From: Vulcanimicrobiota bacterium
Lineage (GTDB): Bacteria > Vulcanimicrobiota > Xenobia > Xenobiales > JADMJV01
Length of the DNA: 64,000 bases
NCBI GenBank assembly: GCA_050250895.1
Contig: JBFWNU010000008.1
Coordinates: forward strand, 160,001 to 224,000
Direction of reading: 5' to 3'
How positions within the stretch are numbered: the first letter of the stretch is position 1; the number at the start of each line of letters is the position of its first letter. A program made the position numbers and the translations under genes. This document shows positions 19,815 to 32,717 of this stretch, one piece after another. A model generated the notes under the pieces. It saw only the letters and a program-made list of their open reading frames with translations. It did no database searches and was not told the origin of the DNA.

Positions 19815-19844
19815 AGAGGTCTCCGAAGACGTTCTGTCATCCTA

Positions 19845-19873
19845 TTGACACGCTTTCCCCCATTCGCTAGAAT
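19845..19873 (+). promoter_or_regulatory. Sigma70 promoter P2 of rpoB
   Basis: TTGACA-17 nt-TAGAAT. Confidence 0.8.
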
Positions 19874-20096
19874 GTCATTTACGTTTAAACGTGGCGTATC
19901 ATGCGCTGCTGCATAACTAAGAACGCTCTTCGTTGCTCACCAACTCAGTTAGATAAGCTAAGATCGCAAAGCCGGTTGAATTTTGTATCCGTGCTTTGCT
20001 TATTCGCGTTTTAAGGGGGGTCTCAGGTGGGTAAGAAGGCATTCGCTATCGTTGCGTGAGTTAGGCTTTTTAAGGTTTTAGGAGGAAAACAGCTCC

Positions 20097-23000
20097 ATGT
20101 CGATGCTCCGACAAGTCAACCCCGAGACTGGACGAATCTCGTTTCAAAAGATTCCCAAAGTCCTCGATCTTCCGTATCTGATCGACCTCCAGCGGTCCAG
20201 CTACGAAGAATTCCTGGCCGAAGGCATTCATGAGACCTTCCAGGATATTTCGCCGGTCGAAGATTTCACCGGCAATCTGGTGCTGGAATTTCTCGAGCAC
20301 ACCCTCGAGGCTCCCACTTATACGGTGGAGGAGTGTCGTGACCGCGACGCCACCTATGCCCGTCCGCTTAAGGTGAGGGTCCGCCTGATCACCAAAGAGG
20401 GCGGCGAGATCAAAGAGGTCAAAGAGCAAGACATCTTTATGGGCGATTTCCCCTGCATGACCGAAAAGGGGACGTTCGTCATCAACGGCGCCGAGCGCGT
20501 CATCGTCAGCCAGTTGGTGCGTTCGCCGGGTATCTACTTCGATCAAGAGATCGATCTGACCGGTAAGAAGAGCTACAGCGCAACCCTCATCCCTAACCGG
20601 GGTGCCTGGCTCGAGTTTGTCACCACCACGGACGACATCATCAACGTGAGCATCGACAAAGCCAGAAAACTCCCGGCCACCGTGCTGTTGCGGGCCATCG
20701 GCTTTGGCACCGACGACGAGATCAGAGCCCTCTTCAATAACGAGGCCATGCTCGAGCCGACGCTCGAAAAAGATCCCTCGACCAGCACCGAAGAGGCCCT
20801 CATCGAGATCTATCGCAAGCAGCGTCCGGGCGACCCGCCTTCGGTCGAGAGCGCCAGCGCTCTCTTGACCAACCTGTTCTTCTCGTCCAAGCGCTACAAC
20901 CTGGCCAAGGTCGGCCGCTACAAGCTGTCGCGCAAACTCGGCCAGATGGTGGTCTGCGAAGAGACCGGCGTGATCGTCAAGCCGGGCACCATTCAGGACC
21001 CCGAGTCGGGGGCGGTCATTCGCTATCCCCAGACGCTGGCCAAAGAAGACCTGGTGGCCACCGTCCGCTTCTTGCTGGCGCTGATGAAGCAGCAAGCTCT
21101 GGAGCGGCCTCCCGAGGGGTATAACCCCGAAGGCGGCATCGAGCTCTTCGAAGAGCGCGGCCTCACCTTCCTTAAGCCTATCGACGACCTGCACTACCCG
21201 GTGCCGGTTCGGGTCGACGACATCGACCATCTTGGCAACCGTCGTATCCGGGCGGTGGGCGAACTCTTGCGCAATCAATTCCGGGTCGGCCTGCTGCGAC
21301 TCGAGCGGGTGGTTCGCGAGCGTATGACGGTGCAAGACCTCGAGACGGTAACCCCCCAGGCGCTGATCAACATTCGCCCGGTGGTAGCTGCCATCAAAGA
21401 GTTCTTCGGGTCGAGCCAACTGTCCCAGTTCATGGACCAGACCAACTCGCTGGCCGAGTTGACCCACAAGCGTCGCTTGTCGGCGCTGGGCCCCGGTGGT
21501 CTGTCGCGCGAGCGCGCGGGCTTTGAGGTCCGCGACGTGCACTACAGTCACTACGGCCGCATCTGTCCGATTGAAACCCCTGAGGGTCCGAACATCGGTC
21601 TGATCGGTTCGCTGGCGACCTATTCGCGCGTGAACCACTTCGGCTTCATGGAGACCCCTTATCGCCGGGTCGAGCTGCGCGCGACCGATGTCATCAAGAA
21701 CAAGAAGGGCAAACAGCTCTACAAGACCGGTGACATCGTACCGCGAGCCGAGGTCGCCGAACTGCAACTGCAGGGTGTCGACACTCCGGTCATCGTGCAG
21801 GTGACCGACCAGATCGACTATCTCTCGGCCGACGAAGAAGACGGTTACGTCATCGCTCAGGCCAATACCCGCCTCGACGAGCGTTGGAGAATGACCGACG
21901 AGCGCGTGGTGGTGCGGGCCAAGCACGAGACCCAGATCGTGCCCCGTGAGATGGTCGACTACATGGATATCTCGCCCAAGCAGATCGTGTCGGTGGCGAC
22001 GGCTCTCATCCCGTTCCTCGAGCACGACGACGCCAACCGCGCCTTGATGGGAGCGAACATGCAGCGTCAAGCCGTGCCGTTGGTCCAGCCCGAGGCTCCC
22101 TTCGTGGGCACCGGGGTGGAATACCGCGCCGCCAAAGACTCGGGCGCCCTGCTGGTGTCTAAAGTCGACGGCGTGATCAGTTCGGTTTCGGCCGACGAGA
22201 TCAAGCTCAAGTCAGACGAGGGCAAGAACATCACCCACGTCCTGCACAAGTTCAAGCGTTCCAATGCCGGTACCTGCATCAACCAGCGTCCGGCCGTGTT
22301 CCCCGGTCAGCGCATCGAGGAAGGCACGGTGCTGGCTGACGGCGCATCGTCGGTCAACGGCGAGCTGGCTCTGGGCCGCAATGTGCTGGTCGCCTTTATG
22401 CCCTGGGAGGGTTACAACTACGAGGACGCCATCCTGATCTCGGAAGAGCTCGTGCGCGACGACGTCTTTACCTCGATTCACATCGAGGAATACGAGTGTG
22501 AGGCTCGCGACACCAAGCTGGGTGCCGAAGAGATCACGCGTGACATTCCTAACGTCGGCGAGGAGGCCCTCAAAGACCTCGACGAGCGCGGCATCATCCG
22601 CATCGGCGCCGAGGTTCGCACCGAGGACATCCTGGTTGGCAAAGTGACTCCGAAGGGCGAAACCGAGCTGACCGCCGAAGAGCGCCTGCTGCGGGCTATC
22701 TTCGGTGAGAAAGCTCGCGACGTTCGCGACACCTCGCTCAAGGTGCCTCACGGTGGCAAAGGCAAGGTGATCGACGTCAAAGTGTTCTCGCGCGAGAACA
22801 CGGACGAACTCTCGCCCGGCGTCAACCAGTTGGTGCGCGTCTATGTGGCCCAGAAGAGAAAGATTCTTCAGGGCGACAAGATGGCCGGCCGACACGGCAA
22901 CAAGGGTGTGATCGCGAAGGTCCTACCCATCACGGATATGCCGTATCTGCCCGACGGGACTCCGGTTCAGATCGTGCTCAACCCGCTGGGCGTGCCCTCG

Positions 23001-24059
23001 CGTATGAACATCGGTCAGATCCTCGAGACCCACCTGGGTGCGGCCGCCAGCCGTCTCATCGGTCCCGATGGCAAGAAGATGCGGGTCGAATGTCCCGTGT
23101 TCGACTCGGCCAAAGAGCCCGAGATCGACGAACTGATGAAGCTGGCCAACCTGCGCCATAGCCTCAGCCTGAAAGGCTTCGAGTTCTCGACCAACGAGAT
23201 CGACTACATCCTCTCGGAAGAGACCGTCGAAGACCGAGTGCTCTACTTCCTCAACAGCTTCGACGATGTCGTCATCACCCGCGCCGAGGTGGCCGAGATG
23301 GTGGCCGAAGGTCCAGCCAACAAGTTGGATGCTCGAGTCAAGAAGTTCCTCAAAGCCGAGCTCGATGGCAGCGATGCCGAGATGCCCGACGATGACGAGA
23401 TCGCCGAGATCGTCACTGAGGCCGACATGGTGGCCCGCATCAAGAAGGTTACCGCGCGCCACCCGCAGCGGCCCGACGATGCGACCTGCGAGAAGCTGGC
23501 CAAATATGTGCAGGCTTATCGCACCATCCCTTCCGACTACAAGAACGTGCTCTTCGATGGCCGCACGGGCGAACCTTACGACCGTCGTATCACGGTGGGT
23601 CAGATCTATATGTTGAAGCTGGCCCACCTGGTCGATGACAAGATTCACGCACGCTCGACCGGTCCCTACAGTCTCATCACCCAGCAGCCGTTGGGCGGTA
23701 AGGCTCAGTTCGGCGGTCAGCGTTTCGGAGAGATGGAAGTCTGGGCCCTCGAGGCCTACGGCGCCGCCTATACGCTGCAAGAGCTGTTGACCGTCAAGTC
23801 CGACGATGTCATCGGTCGTGTCAAGACCTACGAAGCCATCGTCAAGGGCGAGAACGTGCTCGAGCCCGGTGTGCCCGAGTCGTTCAAAGTGCTCATCAAA
23901 GAGCTGCAGAGCCTGTGTCTCGATGTCAAGGTCAAGTCGTTCGACCGGACCGGTGATCTACGCGAAGTGGAGATCAAGGCGGTGGAGGAATCCGACGTCA
24001 AGACCACCGCTCGCGAGCTGGGCCTCGATCTCAGCCAGGAAGCTCTCAGCAGCCTGTAA
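20097..24059 (+). CDS. rpoB: DNA-directed RNA polymerase subunit beta
   Basis: [54 protein letters not shown] and [19 protein letters not shown] motifs. Confidence 0.99.
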   Translation: MSMLRQVNPETGRISFQKIPKVLDLPYLIDLQRSSYEEFLAEGIHETFQDISPVEDFTGNLVLEFLEHTLEAPTYTVEECRDRDATYARPLKVRVRLITKEGGEIKEVKEQDIFMGDFPCMTEKGTFVINGAERVIVSQLVRSPGIYFDQEIDLTGKKSYSATLIPNRGAWLEFVTTTDDIINVSIDKARKLPATVLLRAIGFGTDDEIRALFNNEAMLEPTLEKDPSTSTEEALIEIYRKQRPGDPPSVESASALLTNLFFSSKRYNLAKVGRYKLSRKLGQMVVCEETGVIVKPGTIQDPESGAVIRYPQTLAKEDLVATVRFLLALMKQQALERPPEGYNPEGGIELFEERGLTFLKPIDDLHYPVPVRVDDIDHLGNRRIRAVGELLRNQFRVGLLRLERVVRERMTVQDLETVTPQALINIRPVVAAIKEFFGSSQLSQFMDQTNSLAELTHKRRLSALGPGGLSRERAGFEVRDVHYSHYGRICPIETPEGPNIGLIGSLATYSRVNHFGFMETPYRRVELRATDVIKNKKGKQLYKTGDIVPRAEVAELQLQGVDTPVIVQVTDQIDYLSADEEDGYVIAQANTRLDERWRMTDERVVVRAKHETQIVPREMVDYMDISPKQIVSVATALIPFLEHDDANRALMGANMQRQAVPLVQPEAPFVGTGVEYRAAKDSGALLVSKVDGVISSVSADEIKLKSDEGKNITHVLHKFKRSNAGTCINQRPAVFPGQRIEEGTVLADGASSVNGELALGRNVLVAFMPWEGYNYEDAILISEELVRDDVFTSIHIEEYECEARDTKLGAEEITRDIPNVGEEALKDLDERGIIRIGAEVRTEDILVGKVTPKGETELTAEERLLRAIFGEKARDVRDTSLKVPHGGKGKVIDVKVFSRENTDELSPGVNQLVRVYVAQKRKILQGDKMAGRHGNKGVIAKVLPITDMPYLPDGTPVQIVLNPLGVPSRMNIGQILETHLGAAASRLIGPDGKKMRVECPVFDSAKEPEIDELMKLANLRHSLSLKGFEFSTNEIDYILSEETVEDRVLYFLNSFDDVVITRAEVAEMVAEGPANKLDARVKKFLKAELDGSDAEMPDDDEIAEIVTEADMVARIKKVTARHPQRPDDATCEKLAKYVQAYRTIPSDYKNVLFDGRTGEPYDRRITVGQIYMLKLAHLVDDKIHARSTGPYSLITQQPLGGKAQFGGQRFGEMEVWALEAYGAAYTLQELLTVKSDDVIGRVKTYEAIVKGENVLEPGVPESFKVLIKELQSLCLDVKVKSFDRTGDLREVEIKAVEESDVKTTARELGLDLSQEALSSL

Positions 24060-24080
24060 GAGAGATTTGGTCGCCAAATG

Positions 24081-24111
24081 GGAGCCAGTTTACAAAACTG
24101 GCTCCTTTTTT
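24081..24111 (+). terminator. Intrinsic terminator of rpoB
   Basis: GGAGCCAGTTT-aca-AAACTGGCTCC stem followed by TTTTTT, 21 nt after the stop codon. Confidence 0.9.
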
Positions 24112-24190
24112 CATGCTTTGGCAACATGATTAACATTCTGTTTACTGAGTTTTCGCACCCATCCGGGTCTGGAGCCGCTACAATGGAAAG

Positions 24191-24424
24191 GTGGTTACGT
24201 ATGGTCAGAAGCAGCCTATTCGCCGTGTCTTTAACGACACCAACCCGGCCGTAAAGGCCCCTGGACTCAACACGATTGACGGGGCCTATCTGCATGAGGT
24301 GCGCCGGCTGCGCCTGCGCCGTCGGTTTGCTTTGCTCGAAGGCGACCGCGTCGACCAGCTCTATGCCACCACTCGCAATACCGAAAGCTGGAGCCGGGTC
24401 GTCCAGCACCTGACGGCGGGCTAG
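24191..24424 (+). CDS. Small hypothetical protein (77 aa), probably leaderless
   Basis: The ORF fills the gap between terminator and BMC gene. TACAAT lies 6 nt before the GTG. Confidence 0.5.
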   Translation: MVTYGQKQPIRRVFNDTNPAVKAPGLNTIDGAYLHEVRRLRLRRRFALLEGDRVDQLYATTRNTESWSRVVQHLTAG

Positions 24425-24490
24425 TCCAGCAGGGGAAGCGGTCTGCGGAAGGAACCTTCTGGTCTATTCGCCTTTGAAGGAGTTCGCCCC

Positions 24491-24757
24491 ATGGGTAGAG
24501 CGCTGGGATTGATCGAAACGATCGGGTTCGTTACTGCCGTCGAGGCCGCCGACGCGGCCCACAAAGCCGCCCATGTCCACATGATCCGCAAGTACGAGAA
24601 TGCTGAAGCGGGTCTCATCACCATTCAGCTCCGCGGTGAACTGGCCGCCGTTCAGGCCGCGGTTGACGCTGGCGCCCAGGCCGCCCGGCGCATCGGCCAA
24701 CTGGTTTCGGCGCTCGTCATACCCAACCCCGACGACGATCTGGACGAATTCTTCTAA
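24491..24757 (+). CDS. Bacterial microcompartment shell protein (BMC-H, EutM/PduA-like)
   Basis: ALGLIETIG...AVEAADAAHKAA...RGELAAVQAAVDAG...VIPNP. AAGGAG RBS. Confidence 0.92.
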   Translation: MGRALGLIETIGFVTAVEAADAAHKAAHVHMIRKYENAEAGLITIQLRGELAAVQAAVDAGAQAARRIGQLVSALVIPNPDDDLDEFF

Positions 24758-24933
24758 ACTGCCGCGCCTGGTTAGAGGCACGAATTACGGGGGCGAGGGA
24801 TGGACCGCTGCCGTAAACGTGCAGAGATTGTGCGTGCCTTCTTTAACTGCATCCTTTGGGATGCCCGCTCGGAATTCTAACGATCCACCTGCCGCGACTC
24901 AGCCACCCCTAGGATGAACTAGGAGGTCCGCCT

Positions 24934-26349
24934 ATGAGTCTCTTTTTTAAACAGTTCCGACGTCCCGGTCTGGCCCAACTCGCCTATCTCGTGGGTGACA
25001 AAAGCAAGGGATTGGCCGCTATTGTCGATCCATGCCGGGATGTGAGGGACTATCTCGAAACCGCCCGCCAGGCCGGTCTTCGCATAACTCACGCCATCGA
25101 GACACATATCCACGCGGATTTCGTGTCCGGAACCCGCGAAGTGCGTGAGGCCGTCGGCGCCCGGGTGGTCGGGGGCAAGAGTGATGACTATTCTTTCGAG
25201 CTTGACCAATTCAGCGAAGGGGACGCGATCGAACTGGGCGGAGTGCGCCTGCAAGCCATCCATACGCCGGGGCACACTCCCGAGCATCTCTCCTACCTGC
25301 TGTTCGACCGTAGTCAGGGAGACGAGCCGATCGCCGTCTTCACCGGGGACACTCTCTTTAATCTCGATGTCGGGCGCCCTGATCTGGTCGGCGACGATGG
25401 GGGAGTCGAAAACGCCCGGGCTCTCTACGGCTCGCTTTTCGATAAGTTGCTGCCGCTGGGGGACCGAGTCGAAGTCTATCCCGGGCACGGCGCAGGCTCG
25501 GCCTGTGGCAAGTCGATCGGGGGCAGAGACCAGACGACCATCGGCACCGAGCGACGATTTAACGAGGCTTTGAAAGAGCGGAGTCGAGCCGACTTTGTAG
25601 AGTGGCTGACCGCCGATCTTCCCGAGCCGCCCAGCCACTATCGCCGTCTCAAGAAGGTGAACGCGGCGGGAGCGGCCCTGGCAGGCCCCTGTCCGGCGGC
25701 CCCTCAGCCTCTTACCCCCGAAGAGTTCCAGGCCCTGATGAGGCAGGAGGGAACGGTCATTCTCGACACGCGCTCGATGCTGGCTTTTGGGGGTGGACAC
25801 ATCCCCGCAGCCCTGAATATTCCGTTGTTGCCGCAATTCGTCAGCTGGGCGGGCCAGATGATCGACCCCCAGAGCAAGCTTTTGCTGGTGGTAGAGAACG
25901 TGCGCGACCTGTTGACGCTTCGGGAGCACCTCTTCCGCATCGGCCTCGACAACCTGGCCGGCTATCTGCACGGCGGGATGGCTTCATGGCAGGAGCAGGC
26001 TCGGCCGCTGGCCTCGGTAGAGCAGTGGACGGTCCAGGAACTGGACCGTCGTCGCCAGGAGAGCATTACCATTCTCGACGTTCGCTCTCCTCAGGAGTGG
26101 CATCACGGAAGGATCCCCGGGGCGGTTCATCAGTTCATCGCGCATCTGGAAGAGAATCTCGACGTTTTGGAGCGAGCCCGGCCGATTGCGGTCTATTGCG
26201 GCACCGGCTACCGTGCCTCGATCGGTGCGAGTATCCTCAAGCGAAATGGATTTGACCGCGTGATCAACATTCCCGGCTCCTGGAAGGCCTGGCGTGCGGC
26301 CGACCTGCCTGTCGAGTCGCGGGAGCGCAAGCTAACCGGCAAGAAATAG
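24934..26349 (+). CDS. MBL-fold persulfide dioxygenase fused to two rhodanese domains (Blh/CstB-like)
   Basis: ETHIHADFVSG, HTPGHTPEH, FTGDTLF, PGHGAGSACG and rhodanese active site YCGTGYR. Confidence 0.9.
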   Translation: MSLFFKQFRRPGLAQLAYLVGDKSKGLAAIVDPCRDVRDYLETARQAGLRITHAIETHIHADFVSGTREVREAVGARVVGGKSDDYSFELDQFSEGDAIELGGVRLQAIHTPGHTPEHLSYLLFDRSQGDEPIAVFTGDTLFNLDVGRPDLVGDDGGVENARALYGSLFDKLLPLGDRVEVYPGHGAGSACGKSIGGRDQTTIGTERRFNEALKERSRADFVEWLTADLPEPPSHYRRLKKVNAAGAALAGPCPAAPQPLTPEEFQALMRQEGTVILDTRSMLAFGGGHIPAALNIPLLPQFVSWAGQMIDPQSKLLLVVENVRDLLTLREHLFRIGLDNLAGYLHGGMASWQEQARPLASVEQWTVQELDRRRQESITILDVRSPQEWHHGRIPGAVHQFIAHLEENLDVLERARPIAVYCGTGYRASIGASILKRNGFDRVINIPGSWKAWRAADLPVESRERKLTGKK

Positions 26350-26352
26350 GAG

Positions 26353-26841
26353 GTGTGTTTGGCACTTACATCCCAGCCCTGGCCGTGGTGGTTTTCTGGA
26401 ATTGTCCTGGGGCTAATCGTCCCCCTGCTTTATCTCTTCGGGGGCAAGTGGTTCGGCATTTCGACCAGCTTTCAGCAACTGGGCGCCCTCTGCTCACCCC
26501 ACAGCCAACTCGAATATTTCAAGAATCACGATCGAAGCAAGCACATGTGGACCCTGGTCTTCGTAGGGGGTATCGTCTTCGGCTCGTTTCTGGCCAACAG
26601 CCAACTGATTTCTCCGCCGCTGCAGCTGTTGCCACCGGGCGCGGCCACCTGGGCGGGTGGGTGCAAGCTTTTGACGGGCGGCTTCCTGGTGGGATTTGGT
26701 GCTCGCTATGCGGGTGGATGTACCTCGGGACATTCGATCACGGGTATCGCTAACCTGAACGCCCCCAGTCTGCTGGCGACCTGTTGTTTTTTTGCGGGCG
26801 GATTAGCGGTGACCTGGCTGACCGGTTGGGTGGGTTTCTGA
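26353..26841 (+). CDS. YeeE/YedE-family sulfur transporter subunit
   Basis: GFGARYAGGCTSGH motif in a hydrophobic protein. AGGAGG RBS. Confidence 0.88.
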   Translation: MCLALTSQPWPWWFSGIVLGLIVPLLYLFGGKWFGISTSFQQLGALCSPHSQLEYFKNHDRSKHMWTLVFVGGIVFGSFLANSQLISPPLQLLPPGAATWAGGCKLLTGGFLVGFGARYAGGCTSGHSITGIANLNAPSLLATCCFFAGGLAVTWLTGWVGF

Positions 26842-27275
26842 TGGCTCGACCAAAAGAACATTTCCTCAGCCTGGTCAACATCTTTTCCTCAGGGGCGCTG
26901 CTCGGGATTGTCTTTCTGAAGTCCGAGGTGGCCAACTGGCAGCGCATCCACGACATGTTCCTCTTTCGCGAGCCCAGGATGTTTCTGATCATCGGCACTG
27001 CGATTCTGGTCGCCATGGCCACGATCCGGCTGGCCCAACGATGGGACCTCAGGAATCTTGAGGGGCGACGGATAGAATACAAGCCCAAGCCCTTCCAACT
27101 CGGAGTCGTCTTCGGTGGACTACTGTTCGGAGCCGGCTGGGCTCTCACCGGAGCCTGTCCTGGACCGATCTACGCCCAGATCGGGTCCGGTGAGCCGATG
27201 GCTCTGGCGACCTTTGCGGGTGCCATGCTCGGGGTTTATACCTACGCCTGGCTCAAGCCCAGATTGCCCCAGTGA
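26841..27275 (+). CDS. YeeE/YedE (DUF6691) partner subunit
   Basis: GGLLFGAGWALTGACPGP motif. TGATG coupling to the upstream gene. Confidence 0.88.
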   Translation: MARPKEHFLSLVNIFSSGALLGIVFLKSEVANWQRIHDMFLFREPRMFLIIGTAILVAMATIRLAQRWDLRNLEGRRIEYKPKPFQLGVVFGGLLFGAGWALTGACPGPIYAQIGSGEPMALATFAGAMLGVYTYAWLKPRLPQ

Positions 27276-27313
27276 ACCGACTTCGAGAAGATGTTGCTAA
27301 ATCCTAAACGCGA

Positions 27314-27352
27314 GTCAACAGTTTTGTAACATGACGTTTACGTTCTGTTTAC
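27314..27352. promoter_or_regulatory. Four 11-bp-phased direct repeats (GTCAAC/TGTAAC/GTTTAC/GTTTAC)
   Basis: The hexamers end at 27319, 27330, 27341 and 27352, upstream of the PilZ gene. Confidence 0.55.
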
Positions 27353-27400
27353 AAACTCGCTTCGCCAGACAACTCACCTCCAAGTGGGTCATGACATACT

Positions 27401-27805
27401 ATGGATGTCAGACGACAGGAGGTAGCCAGGTCAATGGTTCGATGGAAGAGTCACAGCAACCAGCAAGATCGCCGCTCACGTTATCGAGTGCGGGTTGACC
27501 TGGCCGCCTGGTATCGCGATCAGGGCGGGTCCTTTAAGCGACTGCGCCTGGCCGACCTCGGCAGTGATGGGGCCCAGGTAGCCGCCGCCGACCAGCTCGA
27601 AGTCGGCTCGAACATCGACGTAACCGTTCGCCTCGAAGGCGGCCGCTATCTCTCGCTTCGTGGCGTGGTTCGGTGGCAGGGTTGGCCGGTAGCCGGTATC
27701 CAGTTCGAGCAGACTCCCGACGCCGAGCGCCTGGGCAACTGGCTACGCTGCTCGCCGCGGGCGGCCATGGCCGACGAAAGCCGTCGCCTCGCCCGCCTGG
27801 CTTAG
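27401..27805 (+). CDS. Stand-alone PilZ-domain protein (start may be 27434)
   Basis: DRRSRYR, DLGSDGAQV, GVVRW and AGIQF motifs. Confidence 0.8.
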   Translation: MDVRRQEVARSMVRWKSHSNQQDRRSRYRVRVDLAAWYRDQGGSFKRLRLADLGSDGAQVAAADQLEVGSNIDVTVRLEGGRYLSLRGVVRWQGWPVAGIQFEQTPDAERLGNWLRCSPRAAMADESRRLARLA

Positions 27806-27941
27806 GGCCTGGCAGGAAATAACTCGTGCCTTCGGGGCGCCGATCCATCCCCTGTGGCTGCGTTGCGCTTCCCTTACATATTGCCCTATGCGCGGTCAGA
27901 CGCGCCTTGCCACAGGGGCGCCTCGACACCCGGACAGACCC
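27805..27941. mobile_element. 137-bp MITE-like element
   Basis: Terminal inverted repeats GGGCCTG/CAGACCC flanked by TTA direct repeats. Internal 10-bp inverted repeat at 27849-27858/27909-27918. Confidence 0.65.
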
Positions 27942-28418
27942 TTAGGCCTTCAAGGCAGCCAGGACCTCGTTGAAAATCCGCATCTGGCTGCAGCGGGCGC
28001 CGGCCATGGCTCCCCCTACCTGATGGGTGCTCTCGGTTTCGTAGGCTAGCCGCATTTTGTAGAGCGTGCTCAACTCGTCTTTTAGCTGCCGGTCGTATTC
28101 TCCCACCGCCTGGCGCAGGGGCTCCGGTTTGAATTCTAGAGTGGTGGCGTTGTAATTCTTACTGGCCAGGTCATAGATTCGATCGTGGGCGGCCCGCAAC
28201 TCGACCGGGCGTGCACTGCCATCGAGCACGTGGTTCATGGCTTCCTGATTCTTCAGCCAGGCAGGCTTTTGAGGCAAGGGAATGACGGCGTTGGGCAGGT
28301 GCATCAGCCAGCGGCCGTCCGGGGCTTCGGTGATCTCATAGTCGGGTCGAAAGCGGGTTTCGGGCGGGGCCACGGCGCGAGCCACCGGCACGGGCGTGAA
28401 GAGTGAACGGACGAGCAT
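27942..28418 (-). CDS. Hypothetical protein
   Basis: Clean 158-aa ORF. TAGACT lies 6 nt before the ATG. Confidence 0.7.
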   Translation of the reverse strand: MLVRSLFTPVPVARAVAPPETRFRPDYEITEAPDGRWLMHLPNAVIPLPQKPAWLKNQEAMNHVLDGSARPVELRAAHDRIYDLASKNYNATTLEFKPEPLRQAVGEYDRQLKDELSTLYKMRLAYETESTHQVGGAMAGARCSQMRIFNEVLAALKA

Positions 28419-28658
28419 GAGGCCAGTCTAGAAGCCCGCTCTGAAACTAGACTGAACAGCGCGCGCGAAGGTTGGCCACTCGTCGGTCAAGGGATTTTCC
28501 AGGCCGGCTGGCTAGGCTAGTGGTGAGGTCAGTGCGTCGGACTGGAACTGTTAACAAATTTCAGCCTCAGCTGAGAACTAGAATAGCAACCTGGTTTAGA
28601 CTGCTTCCAGGGGTTGGCCGATCACGGCTGCACTACCTAGTATGATCGAGGAGTCGGA

Positions 28659-29665
28659 ATGTTTATAGCCAGGTCGGGCGCTCAGCCCCTAACCTTCCAC
28701 CGCGCTGCCCAGGGAAGCAGCAACTCTCTGGTTCGAGACGCCCCGCCTCGAGAAGCGCCTGGCGACGAGGTTCTTTCAGCCAGGATGCCAGCGGCGGCTC
28801 CCAGGTATGCACCCAATCGTCGCTTGCCCGGAGGCGTTCGCGGACTCGCCCTGGCGGGGATGGCGGCGGGCGTCCTGGGAGTAGCGGTGTTGGCGGGTTG
28901 CCAACCGGCCCAGCAGGACCCGGTTCAGGTGGCTCAAGAGCACAAGCTCGAGCAACTCGAGGCGCAGGGCTATCATTTTCGTACCTACAGCCGAAGTTTT
29001 GGACTTGACGATTTCATCTTCCACAGCGGAGGCACGGTCCGCGCCACTCGACTTGACGCGGCCGAGACCCTGACCCGGCTCAATGAGAAGGCTGCGCTTT
29101 ATGTGGCGACCCCCAGCGGGCTAAACGAACGGGTGTGGGACTGGGGTAGTCTCGACGAGGTGGTGGAGTTCGAACAGGGCGGCGAGGTTTTTGGCATGAG
29201 TCCATCCGATCAGGCGTTGGTCAAGTCCCTGGCCTCCGAGCGGTTGCTCATCGAGCGCGACGGCTACATCAACCGTCCATTGTCCGCTTTCGAATCGCTG
29301 CGAAGGCTGGGTCAGGGAGGGGGCGTGGAACTCGCTGAAACGACCCGGCTCCACACCATGGCCGATTTGCGTCTGGCGACCACCCTTTTTCACGACCAGG
29401 GCGAGGCGCCTGTCGATCCGCAGGTCGTCCAAGCGCTCCGGGACCTGGGCGCCAACGGGCGAATCCGCCTCAACTCCTACGATCAGAACGCTAGCCGAGA
29501 CCTGTTCGCGGCCCACCAGCGGTTGGCCAAGAACGAACCCTTTGGCGTGGTGATCACAATCGGCAGCTACGGGCAGTCGCAAGTCGAGAAGGTCGACTCT
29601 TTCGAGCAACTCGAAGAGGTCCACTTGCGGCTTCAGCAAGCCGGCCAATTGCCCCAGCAATGGCG

Positions 29666-29669
<4 letters not shown>
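28659..29669 (+). CDS. Hypothetical protein with a hydrophobic anchor and LAGC motif after a long N-terminal leader
   Basis: [29 protein letters not shown] at about aa 62-81. Confidence 0.72.
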
Positions 29670-32527
<2,858 letters not shown>

Positions 32528-32717
32528 GTGCTCTCCGTGCAATGAAAGAATTGCTTGGAGTCTACCTGTGCGGGCCCGAAAGGTCAAGGTGAAATGTTTA
32601 GAGGCCCGGCCGCGGTTCGATGGGGGGACGTCTATTCCGCGGCCAAGTCGGCTGGGCCGACTCCGAGGGGCCTCTCGGCATTGTCTCATGGTTGTATATG
32701 TATTGTCAATGTTTTGT

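Noticed and set aside
23154-23528. Intein in RpoB
   Set aside because: There is no N-terminal Cys/Ser block, no His-Asn C-terminus and no LAGLIDADG motif.
20070-23780. Long antisense ORFs over rpoB, and similar ones over gcvP, aceB and the 48-50 kb gene
   Set aside because: These are typical shadow ORFs of GC-rich coding sequence with strong codon bias.
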